From contig OZ242322.1 of assembly GCA_965208155.1 (NCBI GenBank), positions 2,175,204-2,239,203 on the forward strand: a stretch of DNA of 64,000 nucleotides, read 5' to 3'. This stretch comes from Thermodesulfobacteriota bacterium (GTDB lineage Bacteria; Desulfobacterota_D; UBA1144; Nemesobacterales; Nemesobacteraceae). The notes under the pieces are model-generated. The model searched no databases. It had not been told where the DNA came from and saw nothing but the letters and a program-made list of their open reading frames with translations. A program made the translations under genes and the position numbers. The number at the start of each line of letters is the position of its first letter. Within the stretch, counting starts at the first letter, position 1. This document shows positions 19,385 to 30,338 of this stretch, in pieces.

Positions 19385-20284
19385 GTGCTTTCAAGACTGA
19401 AACCACAGATTAATGAGGATAAAACATTGAGGAAAATCTTGATTGCCGTTGTTTTTGTCGGGTTGGTTGCTTCAAATGCTTGTTCTGAATCGCCGGAGGG
19501 ATATTATTCCGCGGCGGCGGAAAAGACAGGAGATGCCCTAAAGTCTGCTCTCCACGAGATCATTGACGATCACGATGTTCTTCCCTATACACAGCCTGGG
19601 AATGATGACTGGCACGACGGAGAAAATATTGATGTCTGGGAAGCCCTTGTCTACACTGATTCTTCCTGTCCCGATGCCGACCCAGAGTGCGGAAGGGTCC
19701 GTCTGCTCTATCTTGACGAGGACCGTTCCATTAATCAAGCAAACAGAGGCGAAGGTAAAAACGATTCTTGGGAACGTGAACATGTCTGGCCAAAATCCCG
19801 AGGATTTCCGGATGAAAACCAAGACGGTTATACAGATCTTCACCATCTTCGACCTGCCGACAGGAATATCAATTCCAGACGTTCAAATTATGGATACAAT
19901 GTGGGCGGAAGAACGGTAATGGACAAGTTGAGTAATGGAGAACAGGTTCCAACAGCGGCAAAGATCGATGTGGATAATAATTCCTTTGAACCGCCCGATC
20001 CAGCAAAAGGTCAGGTTGCGCGGATGATCTTCTACATGGCTGTTCGATACGAAGGGGAGCCCGGTGAGAACATGCCAGACCTTGTTCTGCGCAACGAGAA
20101 CAACAAGGTTAGTGAACCTTGGATAGGCAGCCTGTGTACTTTGGTAGAATGGAATAACAAGTTTGCTCCAACTGAATTCGAACGCCGCAGGAACAATAGA
20201 GTTATGGAACTCCAGGGCAATCGCAACCCCTTCATTGACGAGCCGAACTGGGCCGACCTGATCTGGGGTCATCGCTGCAAATGA
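19385..20284 (+). CDS. Secreted endonuclease I family nuclease (EndA/Vvn-like)
   Basis: Signal/lipoprotein-like N-terminus. EREHVWPKS and DLHHLRPADRNINSRRSN motifs characteristic of periplasmic/extracellular endonuclease I. Confidence 0.65.
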   Translation: MLSRLKPQINEDKTLRKILIAVVFVGLVASNACSESPEGYYSAAAEKTGDALKSALHEIIDDHDVLPYTQPGNDDWHDGENIDVWEALVYTDSSCPDADPECGRVRLLYLDEDRSINQANRGEGKNDSWEREHVWPKSRGFPDENQDGYTDLHHLRPADRNINSRRSNYGYNVGGRTVMDKLSNGEQVPTAAKIDVDNNSFEPPDPAKGQVARMIFYMAVRYEGEPGENMPDLVLRNENNKVSEPWIGSLCTLVEWNNKFAPTEFERRRNNRVMELQGNRNPFIDEPNWADLIWGHRCK

Positions 20285-20410
20285 AACCATATGAACGGGA
20301 TATTGGTCCATGGTTTTAAAGTTGAAACAACGAGATATTCTTTTTTGTATTTGCAATAAAGCGATTGTGGTTTATATTAGAGCAATTTTCACAGGCGGGG
20401 TTTCCGCGCG

Positions 20411-20920
20411 ATGATAATTAACGTATCGGAAATAAAGGACGGGGGATTGAGCCTCAATCTCACGAGGGGGCCGGGATGGCTCGGCGGTTCCGAGAAATCA
20501 GAGGTCGCTAGCGTGGATTCCGATATAGAGTTTCATATTGATCTTTTACGCACGGCGAGCGAGATAAGCGTGCGGGGCAAAATCGGATTCTCGGCGGTTG
20601 CCCGGTGTTCCCGCTGCCTGAGTGACGTGGATGTTGATACGAACCTTGAGGTAAAACTCATTCTTTCGCCTTCTGAGACGGAAAAGAAGGAGAAAGCAGG
20701 CGGGGAGATAGATTATGAAACTTACCGCGGGAGAAAAATAGACCTTAACGATTATATGAGAGAGCAGGTGAATCTTTCGCTTCCCTACAAGGTGGTCTGC
20801 GGCGAGGACTGCAGGGGACTTTGCGGCGGGTGCGGACGGAATCTTAACGAGCAGCAGTGCGGCTGCGAGACTCACGAAGAGGACTCGCGTTTTGCGGTAC
20901 TTAAAGATATAAAGATATAA
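20411..20920 (+). CDS. yceD: YceD/DUF177 family protein (23S rRNA accumulation protein)
   Basis: 169 aa with the C-terminal CxxC...CxxC cluster (CGEDCRGLCGGCG...CGCE). Conserved position upstream of rpmF. Confidence 0.7.
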   Translation: MIINVSEIKDGGLSLNLTRGPGWLGGSEKSEVASVDSDIEFHIDLLRTASEISVRGKIGFSAVARCSRCLSDVDVDTNLEVKLILSPSETEKKEKAGGEIDYETYRGRKIDLNDYMREQVNLSLPYKVVCGEDCRGLCGGCGRNLNEQQCGCETHEEDSRFAVLKDIKI

Positions 20921-20950
20921 AGATATAAAGATATAAAGATATAAAGATAT
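20903..20950. repeat. Perfect tandem repeat (AAAGATAT) x6 spanning the yceD stop codon
   Basis: Read directly: the 8-nt unit aaagatat repeats 6 times from 20903 to 20950, and the yceD stop (taa, 20918-20920) lies inside the array. Confidence 0.9.
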
Positions 20951-20972
20951 AGCTTCAAGCCAGGAGATTGAG

Positions 20973-21176
20973 ATGGCATTACCCAAGAGAAAGACTTCAA
21001 GGTCGAAATCAAGAAAAAGAAGAACCCACTATACCGTAGCGTTGTCGGGAGCTTCTTTTTGTCCCGAGTGCAACGAGATGAAACCTCCCCACAGAGCGTG
21101 TCCCAGTTGCGGTCACTACAAGGGAAGGAATTTCTTCAGAGAGGTTCCGGATACGGAAGTCGTTGCGGAAGACTAA
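20973..21176 (+). CDS. rpmF: 50S ribosomal protein L32
   Basis: MALPKRKTSRSKSRKRR... with the C-terminal Zn-ribbon CPECNEMKPPHRACPSCGHY. Confidence 0.85.
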   Translation: MALPKRKTSRSKSRKRRTHYTVALSGASFCPECNEMKPPHRACPSCGHYKGRNFFREVPDTEVVAED

Positions 21177-21191
21177 CAACACACTGAATCC

Positions 21192-22127
21192 ATGATAGCT
21201 TTCCTTTTTCCAGGTCAGGGTTCCCAGTACATTGGTATGGGCGCTGATTTCTGTGCCGAGTTTGCGGTCGCGAGGCGGACTTTTGAGGAAGCAAGCGACG
21301 CTCTCGGAGTCAGTGTGGCGAAGCTTTGCTTTGAGGGCGAAGCCGCTACCCTTGCTCTTACCGCGAACGCGCAGCCGGCGATACTTACGGCGAGCGTGGC
21401 AGCGTTGAGAGTGGTTCTTGAGGAGACGGAAATAAGGCCGTACCTGGTTGCCGGGCACAGCCTGGGGGAGTTTACGGCCCTTGTGGCCTCTGAGTGCCTC
21501 GGGTTCAGCGACGCTGTGCGCACCGTGAGGAAAAGAGGGGAGTTCATGCAGGAAGCGGTTCCGGCGGGAGTCGGGAAAATGGCTGCGGTGCTGGGCCTCA
21601 CGTCAGAGGAAGTAACCGGGCTTTGTGCAGAGGTTGCGGGGGAAGAGGCCGTGGTTTCCCCGGCCAATTTCAATTCGCCCACCCAGACCGTTATCTCAGG
21701 AGAAGCCCGGGCCGTAGAGGCCGCGGCGGAACTTGCGAAGGAAAAAGGGGCAAGACGGGTCGTCGAGCTTGATGTGAGCGCGCCTTTTCACTGCTCCCTT
21801 ATGGAGCCAGCGGCCGCGCGCCTAAAAGACGTTCTTGGGGAAATAGATTTCCAGCCCATAAAATATCCTGTGGTCACAAATATCGAGGCAAAAGCCAACT
21901 CCGATTCCGCGAGGGTGGCGGACATCCTGGTGGAGCAGGTGGTAAGCCCGGTGAGATGGGCTGAGTCCCTTGAGTTCCTAAAGAACTCCGGGGTTTCTGA
22001 GTTTCTCGAGATCGGCCCTTCCAAGGTTCTAAGCGGTCTTGTGAAAAGAACTCTTAAGGGCGTTCGTTGCGCCGGTATTGAAAAACTTGAGGAGTTAAAT
22101 CATATTAAAGCAGATGGAATTCAGTAA
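21192..22127 (+). CDS. fabD: Malonyl-CoA:ACP transacylase
   Basis: FPGQGSQYIGMG and the GHSLGE active-site serine motif. Confidence 0.85.
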   Translation: MIAFLFPGQGSQYIGMGADFCAEFAVARRTFEEASDALGVSVAKLCFEGEAATLALTANAQPAILTASVAALRVVLEETEIRPYLVAGHSLGEFTALVASECLGFSDAVRTVRKRGEFMQEAVPAGVGKMAAVLGLTSEEVTGLCAEVAGEEAVVSPANFNSPTQTVISGEARAVEAAAELAKEKGARRVVELDVSAPFHCSLMEPAAARLKDVLGEIDFQPIKYPVVTNIEAKANSDSARVADILVEQVVSPVRWAESLEFLKNSGVSEFLEIGPSKVLSGLVKRTLKGVRCAGIEKLEELNHIKADGIQ

Positions 22128-22857
22128 TCAGGTTGCACTTATAACCGGCGGATCGCGCGGGATAGGAAAGGACATTGCGAAGAAACTCGCTTCGCGCGGG
22201 GCGTATGTTCTGGTTAACTACATCAGCAACAGCCAGGCCGCCGAGGAGACCCTGGGGGAGATAGAGCAGGAAGGGGGCAAGGGCAGGGCGGTCGGATTTG
22301 ACGTCTCCGATTTTGACGAGGTGCAGCGATACGTGGGAGAACTCTCGGGGGAGCTTGGCGGAATACACATACTTGTTAACAACGCTGGAATAAGGAATGA
22401 CGGGCTTTTGATGAGAATGGGGGAGGAGGACTGGGACCGCGTGATGGACATAAACCTCAAGGGAGCGTTTAACTGTACCAGGGCGGTTTCAAGGGGCATG
22501 TTCAAGAATCGTTACGGAAGAATAATAAATATCACCTCGACTGCGGGTGAGGTCGGAAACCCGGGGCAGGCTAATTACGCCGCCTCAAAGGCCGGGGTAA
22601 TAGGTCTTACGAAGGCAACCGCCAAGGAGTTCAGCACAAGGGGAATAACCGTGAACGCGGTAAGCCCCGGTTTTGTCGAAACTGACATTATCGCGGACCT
22701 TAACGAGGAGATGAGAAAAAAATATCTTGAAGCTATACCTCTCGGCAGATTCGGGCGCGTTGAGGACATCTCAAACGTGGTGTGTTTCCTGGTTTCCGAG
22801 GGTGCGTCGTACATAACCGGAGAGGTTATAAAGGTTAACGGCGGAATTTACATGTAA
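22114..22857 (+). CDS. fabG: 3-oxoacyl-ACP reductase
   Basis: SDR: [12 protein letters not shown], and catalytic YAASKAG. Confidence 0.85.
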   Translation: MEFSNQVALITGGSRGIGKDIAKKLASRGAYVLVNYISNSQAAEETLGEIEQEGGKGRAVGFDVSDFDEVQRYVGELSGELGGIHILVNNAGIRNDGLLMRMGEEDWDRVMDINLKGAFNCTRAVSRGMFKNRYGRIINITSTAGEVGNPGQANYAASKAGVIGLTKATAKEFSTRGITVNAVSPGFVETDIIADLNEEMRKKYLEAIPLGRFGRVEDISNVVCFLVSEGASYITGEVIKVNGGIYM

Positions 22858-22880
22858 AATTTAGAGGAGGTTTGACTCAC

Positions 22881-23147
22881 ATGTCAAAGGATAATGCGGA
22901 AGTTTTAGCTAAGGTAAAGGAGATGGTCGCGAGCCACCTTGGCAAGGCCGAGGATGAGATAACTCCCGACTCTTCCTTTATAGAGGATCTCGGAGCAGAC
23001 TCGCTTGACCTCGTGGAACTCATAATGTCCATGGAGGATGAGTTCGGGCTTGAGATCTCGGATGAAGACGCGGAGAACATAATAACCGTTCAGGACGCGA
23101 TCAACTTTATCCAGAGTTCAGTTGAAGCCGCTTCGGAGGATGACTGA
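22881..23147 (+). CDS. acpP: Acyl carrier protein
   Basis: [17 protein letters not shown] with the phosphopantetheine-attachment Ser. Confidence 0.9.
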   Translation: MSKDNAEVLAKVKEMVASHLGKAEDEITPDSSFIEDLGADSLDLVELIMSMEDEFGLEISDEDAENIITVQDAINFIQSSVEAASEDD

Positions 23148-23153
23148 GGAAAG

Positions 23154-24386
23154 ATGTCAAGAAGGGTAGTGGTTACAGGCATAGGGCTCATAACGCCCGT
23201 CGGGGTGGGCAATGACGCCACGTGGTCTTCGATCTGCGAGGGGATTCCCGGAGTGAGCAGGGTTTCGTCCTTTGATCCCTCGGATCTTAAAACGCAGATC
23301 GCCGGGCAGGTAAAGGATTTCGATCCCGAGCTTTACATGGAGCCTAAGGACGCGAAGAGAAACGACAGGTTCATTCAGCTCTCCATTGCGTCAACCGCCC
23401 TTGCGCTTTCTGACGCGGGGCTTGAGGTTACCGACGATATCTCCGGGCGCACGGGAACCTTCATCGGATCGGGAATCGGCGGGATGAAGACCTTCTACGA
23501 CACGGTCCTCACGATGGAGAACAAGGGTCCAAACCGCGTCTCTCCATTCTTCATACCGAACATAGTGACCAACATGGCTTCGGGATACGTCTCGATAAAG
23601 TTCAACGCCAAGGGCCCCAACTGTTCTTCGACGACTGCGTGTTCCGCAAGCGGTCACTCGCTTGCGCTTTCCGCCAAGATCATAAAGGACGGCAAGGCTG
23701 ACGTCATGATAGCCGGCGGATCGGAAGCTCCCCTCATACCTCTTACCTTCGCGGCTTTTAACGCCATGAAGGCGCTTTCGACCAGAAACGACGAACCGGA
23801 GACCGCTTCGAGGCCGTTTGAAGCTGGGCGCGACGGGTTTATCCTTTCAGAAGGCGCGGGAGTGCTGATTCTCGAGGAACTCGAGTTTGCCAGGAAAAGG
23901 GGTGCCGACATATACGCCGAGGTGCTGGGTTCCGGAATGAGCGCTGACGCCTTCCACATCACGGCGCCTTCGCTTGAGGGACCGTCAAGCTGCATGAATG
24001 CTGCCTTGGAGGATTCGGGTCTTAATCCCGAGGACGTGGATTACATAAACGCCCACGGAACCTCGACGCGTCTTAACGACGTTAACGAAACCAACGCGAT
24101 CAAGAAGGTGTTTGGCGGGAGCGCCCGGCAGATTCCGGTGAGTTCCACGAAATCCATGACAGGTCACCTGCTCGGCGCTGCGGGTGCGGTGGAAGCGGCA
24201 ATCTGCGTGCTTGCGCTCAGAAACGGTGTTTTGCCGCCGACTATAAATCTTTTTGAGAACGATCCTGAATGCGACCTCGATTACATTCCGCACACCGCGA
24301 GGGAAAGCGACATAGAAGTGGCGCTTAGCAACTCCTACGGTTTCGGCGGAACGAACGTAAGCGTCGCGCTTCGCAAATTCAGCTGA
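23154..24386 (+). CDS. fabF: 3-oxoacyl-ACP synthase II
   Basis: 410 aa KAS. Active-site Cys (NCSSTTACSAS) and the downstream His motifs (HGTST, GHLLGAAG). Confidence 0.9.
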   Translation: MSRRVVVTGIGLITPVGVGNDATWSSICEGIPGVSRVSSFDPSDLKTQIAGQVKDFDPELYMEPKDAKRNDRFIQLSIASTALALSDAGLEVTDDISGRTGTFIGSGIGGMKTFYDTVLTMENKGPNRVSPFFIPNIVTNMASGYVSIKFNAKGPNCSSTTACSASGHSLALSAKIIKDGKADVMIAGGSEAPLIPLTFAAFNAMKALSTRNDEPETASRPFEAGRDGFILSEGAGVLILEELEFARKRGADIYAEVLGSGMSADAFHITAPSLEGPSSCMNAALEDSGLNPEDVDYINAHGTSTRLNDVNETNAIKKVFGGSARQIPVSSTKSMTGHLLGAAGAVEAAICVLALRNGVLPPTINLFENDPECDLDYIPHTARESDIEVALSNSYGFGGTNVSVALRKFS

Positions 24387-24533
24387 CATTCCGGGGCCCG
24401 TAGAAAGCCGCCCGGATCCCCCAATCGCCCCGCTCCCGAAGCCAGCGCGAGGGATAATTTTATTTTTTCGCCCTTTTTGGTAAAATACCCCGCTAACTCC
24501 GCAAACGCGGAACCCTGAACAAAGAGGTGCCAT

Positions 24534-27200
24534 ATGGCTTTGAGTAACAATCTTGATACTCTTTCCGACCTTGCGGTCGGCGACAAAACCTACAGTATAT
24601 ACTCCCTGGCAAAACTTGAATCACGCTACGGCGTATCAGTTTCAAAACTTCCCTTTTCAATACGAATACTGCTTGAAAACGTGCTTAGAAATCTTGACGG
24701 AAAGACCGTTACGGAGCGGCACGTTGAGTCCCTTGCAAAGTGGGACCCCTCGAATGCCGAGCCCAGAGAAATTCCCTACAACCCCGCGAGGGTGATCCTT
24801 CAGGATTTCACGGGAGTTCCCTGCGTGGTCGACCTTGCCGCGATGAGATCGGTGGTCGAGAAAAAAGGGGGAGACCCCTCGCTTGTGAATCCCATAGTTC
24901 CTGTCGATCTGGTCATAGACCACTCCGTTCAGGTTGATTATTTCGCAAGCGGCGACGCTTTTGGAAAGAACGTGGAAGTTGAGTACGAAAGAAACAGGGA
25001 AAGATATACATTCCTTAAGTGGGCCCAGGGGTCTTTTGACAATTTCAGTGTCGTGCCCCCGGGAACCGGAATAGTGCACCAGGTGAATCTTGAGTGTCTT
25101 GCAAGCGTAGTAGTGTCAAAGCAGACAGACTCCGGGTCGGTGGCGTATCCTGACACCCTGGTGGGAACGGATTCCCACACGACAATGATAAACGGCCTGA
25201 GTGTTATGGGCTGGGGAGTGGGGGGAATAGAGGCAGAGGCGTGCATGCTCGGGCAGCCGCTTTACATGCTGATCCCTGACGTCATCGGATTCAGGCTCAC
25301 AGGCCGCCTCTCCCAGGGAGTTACCGCAACGGACCTGGTTCTCACGGTGACCGAGATGCTTAGAAAAAAAGGTGTTGTCGGCAAGTTCGTCGAGTTTTTC
25401 GGGCCCGGAGTAAGCAATCTCGCGCTCTCTGATCAGGCCACGATAGCCAACATGGCTCCTGAGTACGGAGCCACCATGGGATTTTTCCCCGTAGACACAG
25501 AAACCCTGAGATATCTTAGGACAACAGGCAGAGAGGACGCGGCCACGCTCGTTGAGGCCTACACGAAAGAACAGAAGATGTTCAGAACAGACGACGCGGA
25601 GGACCCCGTTTACACCGATACGCTAGAACTTGACATATCGACAGTGGAACCCTCTCTTGCGGGCCCGAGCCGCCCGCAGGACAGGATATCGCTTGGGGAC
25701 ATGAAAAGCTCCTACAACGAGAACCTCCAGGCAAGGGGGCTTGCCGCAAACGGGAACGCCTCGCGCGCCGCAAACGGAATTTCAGACGGCTCCGTCGTAA
25801 TAGCCGCCATCACGAGCTGCACTAACACCTCTAATCCCTCCGTCATGGTAGGGGCGGGACTTTTCGCAAAGAAGGCCGTTGAGAGAGGGCTCACCGTTTC
25901 GCCTTACGTGAAAACGAGCCTGGCGCCGGGATCAAGAGTGGTAACGGACTACCTAAATGCCGCGGGACTTACCCCCTATCTTGAAGAGCTGGGCTTCGGT
26001 CTGGTCGGGTACGGATGCACGACCTGCATAGGCAACAGCGGTCCGCTTCCAGAAGACGTGGACGCGGCCATAAGGGAGAACGATCTTACCTGCGCCGCGG
26101 TTCTAAGCGGAAACAGGAATTTTGAGGGCAGGGTGCACCCGCTTGTGAAATTCGCCTACCTGGCGTCGCCTCCGCTTGTCGTGGCGTTCGCCATAGCCGG
26201 CAAGGTGGGAATCGATCTCTACACAGAACCTCTCGGGGTCGGAAGCGGCGGAGAGGAAGTGTTCCTGAAGGACATCTGGCCGACGCAGCAGGAGATAATC
26301 GACACCGTTTCGCAGTCAATCACCCCCGAGATATTCAACAACCAGTACTCCCGGGTTTTCGAGGGCGATGAGACCTGGAAGTCCCTTGAGGCCCCGCAGT
26401 CAGACATTTACGAGTGGGACACGGAATCAACCTACATACAGGAGCCCCCGTTTTTCGATGATTTCCCGCTTGAGCCCGAAGATCCCGAGGACATAGAGAA
26501 CGCGAACGTCCTCGCGCTTCTCGGGGACTCGATAACAACAGACCATATCTCCCCCGCGGGCTCAATTCCCAAGGACGGCCCCGCAGGCGGCTATCTCATC
26601 TCGAAGGGCGTTTCCCAAAGGAGCTTTAACAGTTTCGGCTCAAGAAGGGGAAATCACGAGGTTATGATCCGCGGGTCGTTTGCCAACATCAGGATAAGAA
26701 ACAAGATGGTCGGAGGAAAGGAAGGAGGGTGGACCGTTCACGTTCCCACGGGAGAGGAAATGTCGATTTACGAAGCGTCCTCAAGGTACATGAGCGACGG
26801 GACGGACCTTGTCGTGATCGGCGGGAAGGAGTACGGGACGGGAAGTTCCCGGGACTGGGCGGCCAAGGGAACAGTTCTTCTGGGCGCAAGGTGCGTAATA
26901 GCTGAGAGCTTCGAGCGGATTCACAGGAGCAACCTGGTGGGGATGGGGGTTCTGCCCCTTCAGTTCGAAGAGGGGGAGAGCGCCGAGTCTCTTGGCCTGA
27001 CGGGCTTTGAGACCTTCAGCATAAGCGGCATATCAGAGGACCTTTATCCGGGCAAACAGATGTCCGTAACCGTGACGGACACTGACGGCGGGCAGAGAGA
27101 ATTTCACGCCACGTGCAGGCTCGATACGCCGGTTGAGGTCGAATATTACCGAAACGGCGGGATACTTCAGACCGTCCTGCGTCAGATGATATCAGGGTAG
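24534..27200 (+). CDS. acnA: Aconitate hydratase A
   Basis: 888 aa. Aconitase family Fe-S ligand cysteines ([17 protein letters not shown]) and swivel domain. Confidence 0.9.
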   Translation: MALSNNLDTLSDLAVGDKTYSIYSLAKLESRYGVSVSKLPFSIRILLENVLRNLDGKTVTERHVESLAKWDPSNAEPREIPYNPARVILQDFTGVPCVVDLAAMRSVVEKKGGDPSLVNPIVPVDLVIDHSVQVDYFASGDAFGKNVEVEYERNRERYTFLKWAQGSFDNFSVVPPGTGIVHQVNLECLASVVVSKQTDSGSVAYPDTLVGTDSHTTMINGLSVMGWGVGGIEAEACMLGQPLYMLIPDVIGFRLTGRLSQGVTATDLVLTVTEMLRKKGVVGKFVEFFGPGVSNLALSDQATIANMAPEYGATMGFFPVDTETLRYLRTTGREDAATLVEAYTKEQKMFRTDDAEDPVYTDTLELDISTVEPSLAGPSRPQDRISLGDMKSSYNENLQARGLAANGNASRAANGISDGSVVIAAITSCTNTSNPSVMVGAGLFAKKAVERGLTVSPYVKTSLAPGSRVVTDYLNAAGLTPYLEELGFGLVGYGCTTCIGNSGPLPEDVDAAIRENDLTCAAVLSGNRNFEGRVHPLVKFAYLASPPLVVAFAIAGKVGIDLYTEPLGVGSGGEEVFLKDIWPTQQEIIDTVSQSITPEIFNNQYSRVFEGDETWKSLEAPQSDIYEWDTESTYIQEPPFFDDFPLEPEDPEDIENANVLALLGDSITTDHISPAGSIPKDGPAGGYLISKGVSQRSFNSFGSRRGNHEVMIRGSFANIRIRNKMVGGKEGGWTVHVPTGEEMSIYEASSRYMSDGTDLVVIGGKEYGTGSSRDWAAKGTVLLGARCVIAESFERIHRSNLVGMGVLPLQFEEGESAESLGLTGFETFSISGISEDLYPGKQMSVTVTDTDGGQREFHATCRLDTPVEVEYYRNGGILQTVLRQMISG

Positions 27201-27286
27201 GTGGAGATACCGATTTGAAAAGGGTGGTTTTTTTCATTATATTCTAAGATTTAAATTTTCGTTTAGCTAAAAAGGAGAGGTGTTCA

Positions 27287-28531
27287 ATGACAGTCCCAAG
27301 CGGAGAAAAAATACAAATTGACGAGGGAAACAGAAAGCTTGTAATTCCCGACAACCCGATAATTCCCTTCATAGAAGGCGATGGGATAGGTCCCGACATC
27401 TGGCACGCGTCCCAGATAGTGTTTGACGCCGCGGTCGAGAAGGCTTACGAAGGGAAAAAGAAAATATCCTGGCTCGAGGTGCTGGCAGGAGAGAAAGCGT
27501 ATGATAAGACCGGCGAATGGCTTCCCGAGGAAACCACCGAAACGATAAAGGAATATATAGTCGCCATCAAGGGCCCGCTTACCACTCCGGTTGGAGGAGG
27601 AATAAGAAGCCTTAACGTTGCGCTCCGCCAGATACTTGATCTATACGCCTGCGTAAGGCCCGTAAGATGGATCAAGGGAACCCCCAACCCTCTTCTGGTT
27701 CCCGGCAAGCTCGACGTCGTGATATTCAGGGAGAACACCGAGGATGTGTACGCGGGAATCGAATGGGAGAGCGGCACGGAGGAAGCGACTGCCGTAAGGG
27801 AGTATCTCGTCGAAAATTACGGGGTGAACATCCGCGAGCTCAGCGGAATAGGAATAAAGCCCATAAGTCCTTTCGGAACCAAGAGGCTCGTTAGAAAGGC
27901 GATTGAATACGCAATGGAGTATAAAAGAAAGAGCGTCACCCTCGTTCACAAGGGCAACATAATGAAGTTTACCGAGGGTGCCTTCCGCGAATGGGGTTAC
28001 GAGCTTGCAAAAGAGGAGTTCCCGGAGATCACCATAACCGAGGATGAACTCTGGGACGATTACGGCGGCAAGCAGCCCGATGGCAAGATCGTCATAAAGG
28101 ACCGCATAGCCGACAGCATGTTCCAGCAGGTTCTCACGAGACCCAGTGAATACGACGTGATGGCCATGCCTAATCTAAACGGCGACTACATGTCAGATGC
28201 ATGCGCCGCGCAGGTAGGAGGTCTAGGAGTTGCCCCGGGCGGCAACATAGGCGATTACCTGGCGGTTTTCGAAGCCACTCACGGGACCGCTCCCAAGTAC
28301 ACCGGGCAGGACAAGGTAAACCCGGGTTCCGTGATACTCTCGGGAGTCATGATGTTCCAGTACCTGGGATGGCACGAGGCTGCGGAGCTTGTTTTCAGGG
28401 CGATGGAGGAGACTGTTTTGCAGAAGACGGTTACCTACGACCTCGAGAGACAGATGGATGGGGCGACCCTTCTTAAGTGTTCTGAGTACGGAGAGGCTAT
28501 CGTTAAGAACATGAGCAGGGTAATGGACTAA
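27287..28531 (+). CDS. icd: NADP-dependent isocitrate dehydrogenase
   Basis: 414 aa. Prokaryotic homodimeric IDH ([19 protein letters not shown]). Confidence 0.9.
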   Translation: MTVPSGEKIQIDEGNRKLVIPDNPIIPFIEGDGIGPDIWHASQIVFDAAVEKAYEGKKKISWLEVLAGEKAYDKTGEWLPEETTETIKEYIVAIKGPLTTPVGGGIRSLNVALRQILDLYACVRPVRWIKGTPNPLLVPGKLDVVIFRENTEDVYAGIEWESGTEEATAVREYLVENYGVNIRELSGIGIKPISPFGTKRLVRKAIEYAMEYKRKSVTLVHKGNIMKFTEGAFREWGYELAKEEFPEITITEDELWDDYGGKQPDGKIVIKDRIADSMFQQVLTRPSEYDVMAMPNLNGDYMSDACAAQVGGLGVAPGGNIGDYLAVFEATHGTAPKYTGQDKVNPGSVILSGVMMFQYLGWHEAAELVFRAMEETVLQKTVTYDLERQMDGATLLKCSEYGEAIVKNMSRVMD

Positions 28532-28573
28532 GGGGCGCGCGGCACAGCAAATCTTTTCAGAAGGAGTGGAATC

Positions 28574-29521
28574 TTGAAGAACGGCAGAGCGAAAATTTCT
28601 GTGATAGGTGCGGGAAACGTCGGCGCGTCGGCGGCGTTTCGGATTGCACAGCTTGAACTTGCCGACGTGGCTTTGATTGACATAGTGGAGGGAGTTCCCG
28701 AGGGAAAGGCGCTTGACCTTGCCCAGATGTGCCCGATTACAGGAAGCGACGTGAATCTCGTCGGTTCAACCAACTACGAAGACACGGCTGGCTCAGACGT
28801 GGTGATAATCACCTCGGGTATTCCGAGAAAGCCCGGGATGAGCCGTGACGACCTTATCTCGACGAACACCAAGGTTGTAAAGAGCGTTACGGAGCAGGTG
28901 GTCACTCATTCCCCGGACACAATACTCATCCTGGTAACCAATCCGCTTGACGCCATGGTTTACGTGGCGCACAGGGTAAGCGGCCTTTCAGACAACAAGG
29001 TGATGGGGATGGCAGGGGTGCTCGATTCCGCGCGATTCCGGGCGTTTATCGCGATGGAGCTCGGGGTATCGGTTGAGAACATAAACGCCTCGGTTCTCGG
29101 CGGACACGGAGACACGATGGTCCCGCTTCTAAGCAACACCACGATTGCGGGTGTTCCAATAGCGCAGCTTGTCCCCGCTGACAGGCTCGAAGCGATGGTC
29201 GACCGCACCAGGAAGGGAGGAGCGGAAATAGTAGCGCTTCTTAAGACCGGAAGCGCCTTTTACGCCCCCGCTGTAGCCGCGGTGGAGATGGCCGAGGCAA
29301 TCATAAAGGACAAGAAGAAGGTACTTCCCTGCTGCGTGTATGCGGACGGACATTACGGAGTGGAGGATACGTTCGTGGGTCTTCCCGTAAGGCTTGGCTC
29401 AGAAGGGGTTGAGGAGATAATAGGGGTTGAGATTTCCGATGAGGAGATGGATGCTCTGCACGTCTCGGCGGGCAAGGTGAAAGAGCTTTGCGAAGTAATT
29501 GACGGAATGGGAATCCTTTAG
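28574..29521 (+). CDS. mdh: Malate dehydrogenase (LDH-like MDH family)
   Basis: TTG start. GAGNVG Rossmann motif, and catalytic His in the LGGHGDTMVP context. Confidence 0.85.
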   Translation: MKNGRAKISVIGAGNVGASAAFRIAQLELADVALIDIVEGVPEGKALDLAQMCPITGSDVNLVGSTNYEDTAGSDVVIITSGIPRKPGMSRDDLISTNTKVVKSVTEQVVTHSPDTILILVTNPLDAMVYVAHRVSGLSDNKVMGMAGVLDSARFRAFIAMELGVSVENINASVLGGHGDTMVPLLSNTTIAGVPIAQLVPADRLEAMVDRTRKGGAEIVALLKTGSAFYAPAVAAVEMAEAIIKDKKKVLPCCVYADGHYGVEDTFVGLPVRLGSEGVEEIIGVEISDEEMDALHVSAGKVKELCEVIDGMGIL

Positions 29522-29604
29522 GGTTCCGTTTGCATTCCGCCCCCCGGCGCCGTTTATAATCTCGGACGGACGCTCCGGAAATATTTTTTGGAGGTTTCTG
29601 CAAT

Positions 29605-30336
29605 ATGGCTAACGGTACGGTGAGCAAAGCGCTCACTATGAGAAAGGATATGTGGTGGGTAGAGCCTCTTGTAACCGGGGTGGTGCTCGGGGCTTTTGGA
29701 ATCTACTCCACGTGGAGGGCTCTTTCGAACCAGTTTTTCTACACCGAGCCCTACCTCTCGCCTTTTTATTCCCCGCTTCTGCTCCTTGACTGGTGGCACT
29801 TTTCCCCGGCAATACTTATTCTCTGGGCGCCGCTTGGATTCCGAGCGACCTGCTATTACTACAGAAAAGCATACTACAGGGCGTATTTCTTCTCGCCTCC
29901 CGGCTGCGCGGTAAAACCGGTCGGCAAAAGGGGCTCCTACAAGGGTGAATCGAGTTTTCCGTTCATCCTGCAGAACATCCACAGGTTTTTTCTCTACGCC
30001 TCTATCGTCATTCTGCTGTTTTTGTGGATTGACTCGTACGAAGCCTTTTTCTTCCATGACGGGTTCGGCATCGGCGTCGGGACCCTGGTTCTTACCGCAA
30101 ACGCGTTTCTGCTTACAATGTATTCGTTTTCCTGCCACTCGTTTCGCCACCTGATGGGAGGGAATCTTGACGTGTTCTCAAAGTGTCCGACCCGCTTTCG
30201 TCTCTGGGGCGCCATAAGCGTCCAGAACGAAGTACATATGAAATGGGCGTGGACAAGCCTTGTCTTCGTGGCTCTAACCGATCTTTACGTGTTCTTGGTA
30301 GCGAACGGAACAATTACTGATCTGAGGTTGATATAA
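29605..30336 (+). CDS. sdhC: Succinate dehydrogenase/fumarate reductase cytochrome b subunit (single large 5-TM type)
   Basis: 243 aa, multiple TM helices with conserved His. Immediately upstream of sdhA/sdhB. Confidence 0.65.
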   Translation: MANGTVSKALTMRKDMWWVEPLVTGVVLGAFGIYSTWRALSNQFFYTEPYLSPFYSPLLLLDWWHFSPAILILWAPLGFRATCYYYRKAYYRAYFFSPPGCAVKPVGKRGSYKGESSFPFILQNIHRFFLYASIVILLFLWIDSYEAFFFHDGFGIGVGTLVLTANAFLLTMYSFSCHSFRHLMGGNLDVFSKCPTRFRLWGAISVQNEVHMKWAWTSLVFVALTDLYVFLVANGTITDLRLI

Positions 30337-30338
30337 AC

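Noticed and set aside
20546-20986. 146-aa minus-strand ORF antisense to yceD/rpmF, including the microsatellite translated as repeated ISLYLYIF
   Set aside because: It is an artefact of the tandem repeat and antisense to two conserved genes.
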